Of a DNA stretch of 32,000 bases, positions 16,932 to 25,634 are shown piece by piece. Position 1 is the first letter of the stretch. The number at the start of each line of letters is the position of its first letter. The notes under the pieces were generated by a model. That model was not told the DNA's origin and made no database searches. It worked only from the letters and a program-made list of their open reading frames with translations. The stretch is from assembly GCF_000148385.1 (NCBI RefSeq), contig NC_014537.1:1080001-1112000 (forward strand). Reading direction: 5' to 3'. The DNA comes from Vulcanisaeta distributa DSM 14429. GTDB lineage: Archaea; Thermoproteota; Thermoprotei; Thermoproteales; Thermocladiaceae. The position numbers and the translations under genes are program-made.

Positions 16932-17344
16932 TCCTCCTCACCCCTCTTGATACCGTAAATGACGTACGCTAGGAATGCGTCGAGCGAATCCCTGAGGGTT
17001 TCGGCAAGCTTCCTGGCCTGCTGCGGATCCTTAGCATTCCTTATATCGTCAAGCGCCTGCTTAATCCCATTAGCCAAGTCTTCATCAATGACGCTTCGGT
17101 TCTTCTGATACTCAATAACCACGTTCAGTCTAAATAAGGCCCTTGAGTAATTCCTCAAATCGGCATCACTTGAGGATATTATCTTATCCAGGACCGGTAT
17201 AATCATGTTGTAGATCTTCCTAAAGGAGGCTGACGTAGTCCTATAAACCCTATAGCCAGCCAAGGTCCTTAACCCTGCATCATAGTCACCGTTCCTAAAG
17301 CTCTGAACCACATTAGAGTAGAAGCGAGAAGACCCGTACGGCAT
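16922..17344 (-). CDS. csm2: Csm2-like small subunit (Cas11)
   Basis: It is a 140-aa helical protein. TTSASFRKIYNMI resembles the Csm2 TSQLRKFY motif. It is the first gene of the csm operon. Confidence 0.6.
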   Translation of the reverse strand: MPYGSSRFYSNVVQSFRNGDYDAGLRTLAGYRVYRTTSASFRKIYNMIIPVLDKIISSSDADLRNYSRALFRLNVVIEYQKNRSVIDEDLANGIKQALDDIRNAKDPQQARKLAETLRDSLDAFLAYVIYGIKRGEEEWL

Positions 17345-17395
17345 TACTAAAAACTAGTAGAGAGAGGTTTAAAAATATTGCTCAGATCTATGGCT
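17345..17395. promoter_or_regulatory. Compact divergent promoter region with a single A/T element between csm2 and the ATPase gene
   Basis: GGTTTAAAAATATTG has its core at 17367-17376. That core is about 27 nt from csm2 ATG (17344) and about 25 nt from ATG 17396 on the other strand. Confidence 0.45.
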
Positions 17396-18466
17396 ATGCC
17401 TAATTTAGCGATTAAGGGAAGTTTAACATATGGCGGAAGAGAGGTCAACGTTGATATAGGTATTGAGCTTAAACCATTAACCATATTAATTGGGCCAAAC
17501 CTAAGCGGTAAGTCTCTAACGCTCATGTGCTTAGCAAAGCTGGCAAGGACGATCATAGCGAGAGGTTACGTGCATGATCGTATTGAGGAGCTGCCGCAAT
17601 CGCTGGAGTGCGTGGGTGATAGTTTGAATTATGACTACGCAATATATGTCGATGCGTATAGAGTAATGCTGCAACCATTTATGAAAATAAGGCCTATGTT
17701 AGATAAAATAAGGAGGGTTACTGAGGGATTGGTCGATGAGAACTTACGTGGTATAAGAAGTTCCATATTACTTGACGTTGATACTCTTAATAAATCGCTC
17801 TCAGAGGATGAGGTGGCTAAGGATTTACGGATTAAAACAAGCATGATACTTCTAAACGACGCTATGAAGGTTTTTGAGAAGGCCCGTAATGGTTTTCAAT
17901 TAATGATTGAGGAAGCCTCAAAGACCTTCGGTGAGCGTGGTGAGGACTTCAGGAGGGCGCTCAGTCACTTCATGCCGTTGTTCATCGAGCATGTTAATCT
18001 CATGGGTAATAATAGTGCATGGCGTTGGTATGACTTCGAATTAGGTAACACTAGCTTTAATGTTGAGGAGCTTTCCAGTGTCTATGCGCCGTCCCTCGTG
18101 GTCTTCTACGCATTACATACTTATGCGCTACCACAAAACTCCGTGCTCCTCGTTGAGGAGCCTGAGGTGCATGCGCACCCAAGCCTCGCGTTATTCCTGG
18201 GCTACTTCCTAAATAGGCTTGTGCGAGATAGCGAGCAGAGGCTTAGGAGTGGTGAGAAGCCGTGGGTATTCCATGTAGTCGTGTCCACGCATAGCATGGA
18301 CTTCCTAAGGGGAGCGCTAATGGCTGGTGAGGATACGGTGGGGGTTTACGTATTCGATAGGGATGTTACCGAGGGCAAGATAACTGTGAAGCCCTGGTCA
18401 GGAGGCGCCGTTATACCTGGCTTTACCGAGTCAAGGTTATTAACTATGTTTGGTGGTAAAGGATGA
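17378..18466 (+). CDS. ABC-type (AAA_15/AAA_21-like) ATPase, no fused effector domain
   Basis: It has Walker A GPNLSGKS, Walker B/D-loop VLLVEEPEVHAHP and the H-loop VVVSTHSMDFL. The likely start is ATG 17390 or 17396. Confidence 0.8.
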   Translation: MLRSMAMPNLAIKGSLTYGGREVNVDIGIELKPLTILIGPNLSGKSLTLMCLAKLARTIIARGYVHDRIEELPQSLECVGDSLNYDYAIYVDAYRVMLQPFMKIRPMLDKIRRVTEGLVDENLRGIRSSILLDVDTLNKSLSEDEVAKDLRIKTSMILLNDAMKVFEKARNGFQLMIEEASKTFGERGEDFRRALSHFMPLFIEHVNLMGNNSAWRWYDFELGNTSFNVEELSSVYAPSLVVFYALHTYALPQNSVLLVEEPEVHAHPSLALFLGYFLNRLVRDSEQRLRSGEKPWVFHVVVSTHSMDFLRGALMAGEDTVGVYVFDRDVTEGKITVKPWSGGAVIPGFTESRLLTMFGGKG

Positions 18467-18924
18467 ATAAAGGATTAATAGGGATAAACATAGTTGACTT
18501 GTATTACTGCTTTGAACCTAAGTTGATGGATTACATATACTCATTGTATTATGATAATGAATACTGCGTCCTATGTGAAAAAGGATTGTGTAGGGATGGA
18601 AAAATAGTATATGGTAAGTATTTAATATCGGATAACGTTTTGTGGTTTGTGGAGGGCTTTTATGTTAAAATGGCGTGCCCTGAGTGTAATCCTGATGGTA
18701 ACTGCATCATGAATTGCATTGTTGTGAATGAACATGAGTCTCATCATCTTACGTGCTGTGTTGGGCATGGTATTGCTGGCGTGTTAACCGTTAGGGCTGG
18801 TTGCAGTAAGGGGTGTGGTGAGGGTGTTAGCGCTAAAGAGGTTGGTGGTGAGCTCGTGTGTGATGATTTCTTCAGGTGTAGGCCTATTGATGGTTTAGGG
18901 TGTTGGCTTTATTGCTATAGGTAA
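18463..18924 (+). CDS. Cys-rich small protein (16 Cys in 153 aa), unknown family
   Basis: Its start overlaps the ATPase stop in an ATGA junction (18463-18466). CxxC pairs CVLC...CPEC, plus CIMNC, TCC, CSKGC, CDDFFRC and CWLYC. I recognise no family. Confidence 0.5.
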   Translation: MNKGLIGINIVDLYYCFEPKLMDYIYSLYYDNEYCVLCEKGLCRDGKIVYGKYLISDNVLWFVEGFYVKMACPECNPDGNCIMNCIVVNEHESHHLTCCVGHGIAGVLTVRAGCSKGCGEGVSAKEVGGELVCDDFFRCRPIDGLGCWLYCYR

Positions 18925-18988
18925 TGGTGAGGTGTGGTTGGTCGAGGGCCTGCTTTGATTAGGTATAAATAATACCTGAGAAATTAGT

Positions 18989-20053
18989 TTGCTAATTGAG
19001 TTGATGAGGGAGGTCTTTGAGTTGGTAAGGCTTATGGAGGAGGTTGGTGGTAAGGTTGGTGATTACGTTAGTCCTGACGTTGTTGATCTTGGTGAGGGTT
19101 ATGACGTTGTTAGGGTTTCCTGCGATAATGTTGATTTTGTGGTCATTGATAAGGGCGGTGTTGAGCTTGGAGATAGGTTGATTGGTGTTGATTCCCACAC
19201 GTCCGTGCTTAGGTTCGCGGCATTTGACGTGCATGTAGTCACAGGCGCGCTTGTGGGTCGGGACGTCTACCTAGTGCCTGGGGTTCAGGGCGTTAGGTGG
19301 TTGGGGCTTAAGCTTAGGTTTAGGCTTGATAATGCGGATGCGCTGGATAGGTACTCTGGGATCATCTACGTTAAGTCCAGGTACCTGGGTAGGTACTTCG
19401 ACGGCTCCTACAACGATGAGGCAATTAGGGATGAGGTGAGACTCCACGTTGAGTTAAGACTCATCAACATTGCCAGGGAGTTGAGTGGCTTCATCCTGAT
19501 TGACGGGCCCGTATTCCCAACACCAAGGATACTGGGTATGGAGGGTAATGAGTACTCAAGCCTTTACTGGGGCTTGGTTAAGGATAGGGTTGAGGCCCTG
19601 AGGGGTTTGAGGGCCGTGGGTGTCGTTAAGAGGCTGGGCCAGAGTCACTACCTGGCCAGGTGCCTTGGGGAGGTCTATGCCGATGACTACACGCTGGCCG
19701 TTAACAAACTAACGCCATTGCTGGGCAATGGCGGAGTCGCGGCCATTGGGCCTGTGAGGATTGAGGCTGGTGATTACGGTAAGTACTGTTGGTACGTCGC
19801 CTCGAGGCTTGGTCGTAGGATTGACGTTGTTAGGGTTGAGGGGTTGAGTGAGGATGTTGTTGAGGTTGGTAGGGACTACGTTGCCCTAACAATGACCGTG
19901 GGTGGGACTGCAATGTCGATACACATAGCCGATAGGGTGGCTAGGAGGTTGAATGCCAGCGCGGTGAACCTAATATCATCCATATCCCCACTGGGCATAA
20001 CGTATGAGGGCCTTGAAACGATTAGGGAGGCACTGAGTGAGTTGGGTGGTTGA
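18989..20053 (+). CDS. nurA: NurA-domain nuclease
   Basis: Motifs present are IGVDSHTS, RDEVRLHVELRL, FILIDGPVFP, VGVVKRLGQSHYL and SIHIADRVARRL. The A/T box GGTATAAATAATACC lies at 18962-18976. The start is TTG 18989 or ATG 19004. Confidence 0.7.
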   Translation: MLIELMREVFELVRLMEEVGGKVGDYVSPDVVDLGEGYDVVRVSCDNVDFVVIDKGGVELGDRLIGVDSHTSVLRFAAFDVHVVTGALVGRDVYLVPGVQGVRWLGLKLRFRLDNADALDRYSGIIYVKSRYLGRYFDGSYNDEAIRDEVRLHVELRLINIARELSGFILIDGPVFPTPRILGMEGNEYSSLYWGLVKDRVEALRGLRAVGVVKRLGQSHYLARCLGEVYADDYTLAVNKLTPLLGNGGVAAIGPVRIEAGDYGKYCWYVASRLGRRIDVVRVEGLSEDVVEVGRDYVALTMTVGGTAMSIHIADRVARRLNASAVNLISSISPLGITYEGLETIREALSELGG

Positions 20054-21791
20054 TGTGGTGGGTGCCAAACCCATTGATTGTAGGAGTGTCCTGGGCTACA
20101 TAACGAGGCAGATGCCCAGCTCGGTAACGGCCGAGTCCGCCGTCACCTACATGATCAGTGAATGCCAGGTGGAGTTCCCCGTGGGTAAGTACCTGGTTAT
20201 TGAGGGTGATGGTGTTAATTACCTGGCTAGGATATCCGAGTCGAGGATTGAGGATATTTACTCCGTAGCCAAGACCCCCGTGCTCTCCCTGGAGCAGGAG
20301 TTGAGTATGGACATTAGGTACGTGCCCAGGCTAATAGCCCTCGAACTCGTGGCTGAGTGCAGGGGTGAAACCTGCGGCGCACCGGTGACGCCACCACCAA
20401 TACACGCAGTCGTCAGGGAGCCAAACCCCCAGGAGGTCTCGAAGATGTTGTCACTGCCGGTTGAGGGCATCGTGCTTGGGTCACTGGCACTACCATCCGG
20501 CGTTGTGATACCCGGTAATGAGGTCCTAATAACGAGGGATGCCCTCAAACACCACATGCTCGTTGTCGGGACCACGGGTAGCGGCAAGACGACACTACTG
20601 AAGAACCTGGCCCTCGAACTAATCACCAAGTACAAGGGCACCACGGTGATAGCCGTGGACGCGGTTGGGCATTACCACCACCTAGCCCTTAACAACGTGA
20701 GGACCAAGGTCCTAATACCCGTGACCCACGATTACGTGAGGAGGGCCATTAAGAGGGCTGGGAATGGGCGCGACGCAGTTAAGGGACTCGCTAAGGCCCT
20801 GGCGAGGGACTACATAAATGGGGTCTTCAGGTCAATGGGTATTAAGGTTGGGAGGGTTAGGGTTAAGGCGGTGATGGCTAGGTCGGGCAATAAGTATAGG
20901 CTTGTTAGTGTGGTGTTGGGCGTTGGCGGTGGTGTTGAGTTGATACCCTGGTCCCTAAGGACCAGGGACCTACTAATGAGTATTAATGAGTTGACGGGAT
21001 TACTCACGGAGCAGGCTAGGATGTTCTACGGTAAGGTGATTAGGGAGGTTAGAAAGAGGATTTCGGGGTCTGGGTTGACCTTCGAGAGGATTTACGAATA
21101 CCTAACAAGCCCCAGTGAGAATAGGCTGGGTGGCAGGCAGTTGCTTAATTATGAGGTGATTGCCGGTAACCTCGGGATTCACGAGAGCACTATGGAGAAT
21201 ATCGTCAGGGCATTACTGGCCATAATAGAGACTAGGCTCTTCGACATTGAGGTCCGCGCCGGCGTTGATTACGTGGTTAATGAAGAGCCGGATTATGGGA
21301 GCGCATTCAAGCCCGGCTACGTGGTCCTAGACCTAAGGACATCCTCAGCCCTCAGGCAGAGGATCATGGTTTATAGGGTCCTTGACAGGTTGTTTAGGTT
21401 CATGGGTGGGGAGCACCTACGTAATAGGGATAGGATGGCCGTGGTGCTTGTTGATGAGGCTCACCTGTTCTTCCCGCAGACTAGGGCTGATGAGGAGAGG
21501 AGGCTCCTGGAGAGGCACATAACGAGGATAACGAGGCTGGGTAGGAGTAGGGGGATTGCCGTTGTCTTCGCAACCCACATGCCCGACGACCTAAACGACG
21601 CAATAATACAGTTAACGAACACGAAGGTTATCCTCAGGAGTGATGAGAAAGTACTGGAGAGGCTTGGCGTACCAACCAGGGAGAGGAGGTTCCTATCCAT
21701 AGCGCCAACGGGGCTTGCGTACGTCAAGGGCTTTGCCTATAGGTACCCAATATACATAGCCTTCAAGCCCCAGGCGTACCACGTCGGGTAA
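20037..21791 (+). CDS. herA: HerA-type (FtsK/HerA superfamily) hexameric ATPase
   Basis: It has a barrel-like N-terminal domain, Walker A MLVVGTTGSGKTTLLKN, Walker B AVVLVDEAHLFFP, and RLGRSRGIAVVFATHMP. GTG start candidates are at 20037, 20055 and 20058, around the nurA stop (20051-20053). Confidence 0.85.
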   Translation: MSWVVDVVGAKPIDCRSVLGYITRQMPSSVTAESAVTYMISECQVEFPVGKYLVIEGDGVNYLARISESRIEDIYSVAKTPVLSLEQELSMDIRYVPRLIALELVAECRGETCGAPVTPPPIHAVVREPNPQEVSKMLSLPVEGIVLGSLALPSGVVIPGNEVLITRDALKHHMLVVGTTGSGKTTLLKNLALELITKYKGTTVIAVDAVGHYHHLALNNVRTKVLIPVTHDYVRRAIKRAGNGRDAVKGLAKALARDYINGVFRSMGIKVGRVRVKAVMARSGNKYRLVSVVLGVGGGVELIPWSLRTRDLLMSINELTGLLTEQARMFYGKVIREVRKRISGSGLTFERIYEYLTSPSENRLGGRQLLNYEVIAGNLGIHESTMENIVRALLAIIETRLFDIEVRAGVDYVVNEEPDYGSAFKPGYVVLDLRTSSALRQRIMVYRVLDRLFRFMGGEHLRNRDRMAVVLVDEAHLFFPQTRADEERRLLERHITRITRLGRSRGIAVVFATHMPDDLNDAIIQLTNTKVILRSDEKVLERLGVPTRERRFLSIAPTGLAYVKGFAYRYPIYIAFKPQAYHVG

Positions 21792-22551
21792 GGTTTAGGA
21801 ACTCCCTAAACCAGGGCGCCAACTCCACGGAGTCGCCCCTCCTAACCAGGAAGCCCGACCTAACGAGGTCACTCAGTAGGTCCCTCGGCAACCCACCCAG
21901 GGCCCCACTCAACACCTTACTCACCAACTCATCATCAACCCTGAGGGGCATCCTAGGCAGCACTATTAGCCTCCCATCCACGGTTACGTATATGGGCTTT
22001 GCACCCAGGAGCCAGGCAACCATGGAAGCCATGACACTCTCCAACTTAGTACCGCCGGCAATACTCACATAGGCGTCGAAGCCCCTGGAGATGTAGTCAA
22101 TGAGGTCCGAGCCAAGTGCCCTAACAAGGTTCCCCAAACCATCACTGAAATTCTCAGTCCCGAAAAACTGAACCCTCGTGTAACCATCAACCTCCACGCC
22201 TAACTCACGGGACTTAGACGTGAGGCACCTAACGAGGGCTACAGTACAGAGTTGCGAGCTCGCCGTATCCGTGGCGTAGAACTTAACCCTAATAACATCA
22301 CCACCAAGCAACCTCCTAAGCAGGACAACCGAGGAACCCTCGGCACAGCACCTAACCAAGTCACCACACGCGAAGTCCCTCAACCTATTGATAAAGCCCT
22401 CATTATAGAGGTACCTAGAGAGCCTCGAGTCAGCCTCACGATCACCACCCAACACCCTCCTAACCAACTCATCACCAACAACGCTGGACACCAACGCATT
22501 CTCAAGCAAGGACAAACCAACAATAACACCAAGGAAAGCAGGCACAACCAA
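21763..22551 (-). CDS. CARF-domain protein, APE2256/SSO1393-like, paralogue of 8978-9859
   Basis: GVIVGLSLLEN, CAEGSSVVLL, FYATDTASS and VSIAGGTKLES align motif-for-motif with the other copy. The C-terminal tail SGFLVRRGDSVELAPWFREFL matches SGVIDIRNGEVEVREWFRRL. The 3' end overlaps herA by 29 nt (convergent). Confidence 0.6.
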   Translation of the reverse strand: MVVPAFLGVIVGLSLLENALVSSVVGDELVRRVLGGDREADSRLSRYLYNEGFINRLRDFACGDLVRCCAEGSSVVLLRRLLGGDVIRVKFYATDTASSQLCTVALVRCLTSKSRELGVEVDGYTRVQFFGTENFSDGLGNLVRALGSDLIDYISRGFDAYVSIAGGTKLESVMASMVAWLLGAKPIYVTVDGRLIVLPRMPLRVDDELVSKVLSGALGGLPRDLLSDLVRSGFLVRRGDSVELAPWFREFLNLTRRGTPGA

Positions 22552-22594
22552 TAATGATATAGGTAATTAAAAACCAAACCATCAGAACAAGTAC

Positions 22595-22759
22595 GTTATT
22601 GAGTAATTGAACAATATCGTGAAAACAAGCAATACCTATCTCGTTAAAATCATCAGAACAGGGACGGATCGTGAACATTCGTAGGAATTAATGTTCCAAC
22701 GAGAACCGAGAAGGGAGTGTAGGAAAAGCTTAAAAAGGACTAAATAAGCAAACGTACCG
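22595..22759 (+). promoter_or_regulatory. CRISPR leader 3 with A/T-box promoter
   Basis: CTTAAAAAGG at 22729-22738 starts 31 nt before repeat 1. It is homologous to leader 2 over about 165 nt. Confidence 0.75.
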
Positions 22760-23430
22760 GAAGATTTCAATAGAATATTGAAAGGAAAGGATCATGTGGG
22801 TTTTCCCTGTCAATCCCGTGATGTCGGAAGATTTCAATAGAATATTGAAAGTCATTGTGAATTCCCATACCTGTGTAGCTGATGGTAATTCATATGCCGA
22901 AGATTTCAATAGAATATTGAAAGTAGATTTCTACACGGATAAGGGCGTGTTCGACACCACGAGTGAGGAAGATTTCAATAGAATATTGAAAGTAGCCTGC
23001 CAGCCATTTACACCCTCTGCCTCTATTTTCATTTTTACCTGAAGATTTCAATAGAATATTGAAAGAATAATAGCGCGGAAATTGTGGCTGTCCATGCCTT
23101 GCTGGTAAGAAGATTTCAATAGAATATTGAAAGGAATTTCATCTAAGAACAGTGGGGCCTGCATCTGATAAGTAGTAGCTAGGAAGATTTCAATAGAATA
23201 TTGAAAGACGATGCCTCTCGAGGGGGCTCAGGAGAGAATGGGGAGTTGAATGAGGGAAGATTTCAATAGAATATTGAAAGCACGTATGTCGCAACGTCAC
23301 CATCCCTGAAGCCACCCATAGCAGGAAGATTTCAATAGAATATTGAAAGGAGCGATAATGTTCATCTAAATCATCGGTGCGAGTCATCACATAAATTAGT
23401 TGGGGTTTCAATAGAATAAAGTATTGAAGG
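22760..23430 (+). CRISPR. CRISPR array 3: 10 repeats, 9 spacers (42-52 nt), same repeat
   Basis: Perfect repeats start at 22760, 22827, 22899, 22968, 23041, 23109, 23183, 23256 and 23325. The terminal repeat at 23402-23430 is degenerate (GGGGTTTCAATAGAATAAAGTATTGAAGG). Confidence 0.97.
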
Positions 23431-23511
23431 TAAACCTTAGTGGGCTTTGAGCTTATGGGGTTGGTTTGATTTTGTTTTTGTGATTGTTGGTTCTGTTGGG
23501 TATTGTGATGG

Positions 23512-24399
23512 TTATGGTTTTTGTCGTATCATTCTTCCGTAGCCCAATGCTGTCTTAGCGCCCAACCCATTATTTAGTGCCTTCATGACTATGTCGCTGA
23601 TCTCCTTCACCATGCATGCCCCCTGACACTTGCTGTCCATGTACACGTACTCACCCACATCCCTCCCACCGCACTTATACCTTAGCCTGGACCTATTTAT
23701 CATTACAACGACCCTAAACCCAACGCCCTTGGATATTGCTAGGAATGGTATTGGTGTTGGGTTGACCTGGGGCTCGCTTATGGCTCCCTCGCCCTCCCTG
23801 TAGTGTGGGTTTATTATGTCGAGGGTTAGTAGCCCGCCGTTAGCTGGGCAGTAGACTGGGTATGAGTCCAGAACCACTATTGGCGAAACCTCCGCTGGAT
23901 TTCCCTCCTCATCTGTTGGGCTTAGGGCCCTTGAGCATGGTGTTCCCTGGGCCGCGGAGTTTATTGCGCCTTTAAGTGAAGATGATGGTATGTAGGGTAG
24001 GTTCCAGTACGGGTCCCAGGCGATCCCAGTCTCAAGGACCTCCATGTACGGGTTCCTAAGGCCTACCACGAGCCTACTAATCGTGATGTATGTCGAGTCT
24101 ATCAATTCCTCATAACCCAAGGACTTAAGGGACTCCTTAACCTCGGTAATATTATCATTAACGCGCCTCAGTAACTCGCCCAGGTTATTGCATGAGTAAG
24201 CCTTGACCAAGTCCTCCATTAACCCCCTAGCCCTTTCATTGATGTATTCCCTAACATTAGTGGTTGAACTCGAGCCACCGCGACCCCGTCCCGTACCAAC
24301 CCTCGTCTGAGCACCGCCGGCGCCAATCGTCTGAATCCATTTAATGAATTCACGCCTAATGTGGCTGATGACGTTAGTCTCACTGGGTCTCACGGCCAT
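23512..24399 (-). CDS. cmr6: Cmr6 (type III-B RAMP)
   Basis: Motifs present are LPYIPSSSLKGAINSAA and the C-terminal GLGAKTALGYGRM. Confidence 0.8.
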   Translation of the reverse strand: MAVRPSETNVISHIRREFIKWIQTIGAGGAQTRVGTGRGRGGSSSTTNVREYINERARGLMEDLVKAYSCNNLGELLRRVNDNITEVKESLKSLGYEELIDSTYITISRLVVGLRNPYMEVLETGIAWDPYWNLPYIPSSSLKGAINSAAQGTPCSRALSPTDEEGNPAEVSPIVVLDSYPVYCPANGGLLTLDIINPHYREGEGAISEPQVNPTPIPFLAISKGVGFRVVVMINRSRLRYKCGGRDVGEYVYMDSKCQGACMVKEISDIVMKALNNGLGAKTALGYGRMIRQKP

Positions 24400-25625
24400 G
24401 CAGGTTTCACCCTGATTCCCTGTTTGCCCGCGTAGTCGAGGAACTCATTCAAGGCAATACATATTGCATCGACTACCAGGGACTCACTGATCGTTATTCT
24501 CTGACTACCCGCGTCCCTCCACGTAAGCTCTCTAGGCCAGTCAGCGGATAGGAAGACCGATAGGTAACTCTGATTACTATGCACGGCGAGGATCATTGGC
24601 GATGCCCTCCTACTCACGTCACTGGTTATTTCATAGCCGGTACCTCTCTGCTCCCTCGGTAAGCCGAGTATCCACGCAGCCAGCCTATTCCTTAATTTAT
24701 CATTAACGGTCGGGTTGCCCATCAAGACCCTAGCCCTCTCGGGCCTAAGGAAGAAGTTATGGAGTGCCCCCAAAACCCTACTACCACCGCTCAACTCCAG
24801 AACCTGGAATGCATATAACTTACCCAACTTACACCCAATATCTCTATTCACGCATTTCGTGTACTCGGCCTTGGAAATAACGGGCATTGGTGGTAACCCG
24901 CAGTCCCTACCCCCCATAGCCTGCGCACGCCTCGGTAAATACTCACTTTTGCTGATCGTATTCTTAACGTACTTAACCACCTCATTAATCAACTCATTAA
25001 TTGACCTCCTCGAATCGAACAATGAGGAGTACCTACCGTTGACTGACCTTACGTCCAAGCAACCGAGGCCCCTTCTACCGCCCTTACCGAGGCACGACAG
25101 CCTTAAGGCAAGGCTTAACGAGCCCAGGGCAGCCTTAACAGCATTATCGTCTAAGTTGCATGGGATATGCTCATTAATTGTTATGTGTGCCCTGAGCCTA
25201 TCAACATACTCAACCTGCCTCCTACCAAGTGTCAGTAACCTAACCCTCTGTAGGTTAATACCACCGATTAAGCCCCCACTGGCTACTCGGGGCTGCGCCG
25301 CCTCGGTAATATCGACGCTGACTCGGAAGCATGACGCCCTAGAGCCCTCCTCACCCGCATAACCAAGCCCCAGGTCAAGCCCCACTATTTTCGAAATAAG
25401 CTCAGCCTCACGATCACTTGGCCTCCTTAAAATATCCCTATCCGGGACGCCGTGAAGTAGTCCCTGTTCGAATAAGGCACCAGCCACCAGGGCCCTCGCC
25501 CACCAGCGCCAGAGACCCTTAACCTCACTGGGCCTTATTGGGTAATCCCTATCGACCTCATTGGGGTTGGCAGACCCTGCCAGTAATGGTGTGGCTAATT
25601 CCACGTCTAACTCGACATAGGCCAT
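24390..25625 (-). CDS. cmr1: Cmr1 (type III-B RAMP)
   Basis: ELATPLLAGSAN...IRPSEVKGLWRWWARAL is the Cmr1 signature (compare lrG.lRfWwRa). Confidence 0.75.
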   Translation of the reverse strand: MAYVELDVELATPLLAGSANPNEVDRDYPIRPSEVKGLWRWWARALVAGALFEQGLLHGVPDRDILRRPSDREAELISKIVGLDLGLGYAGEEGSRASCFRVSVDITEAAQPRVASGGLIGGINLQRVRLLTLGRRQVEYVDRLRAHITINEHIPCNLDDNAVKAALGSLSLALRLSCLGKGGRRGLGCLDVRSVNGRYSSLFDSRRSINELINEVVKYVKNTISKSEYLPRRAQAMGGRDCGLPPMPVISKAEYTKCVNRDIGCKLGKLYAFQVLELSGGSRVLGALHNFFLRPERARVLMGNPTVNDKLRNRLAAWILGLPREQRGTGYEITSDVSRRASPMILAVHSNQSYLSVFLSADWPRELTWRDAGSQRITISESLVVDAICIALNEFLDYAGKQGIRVKPAWP

Positions 25626-25634
25626 TCAATCACC

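Noticed and set aside
22794-23411. ORFs at 22794-23042 (+) and 23190-23411 (-) inside array 3
   Set aside because: Both contain EDFNRILKV / FQYSIEIF repeat translations and are not coding.
24715-25362. A 215-aa plus-strand ORF antisense to cmr1
   Set aside because: It lies fully inside a well-supported Cmr1 gene. Its product is S/L/P/T-rich and low in complexity, typical of antisense frames in this G/T-skewed genome. The same reasoning applies to the antisense ORFs at 5718-6140, 8402-9200, 12552-13373, 20258-20644, 26133-26702 and 28580-29071.
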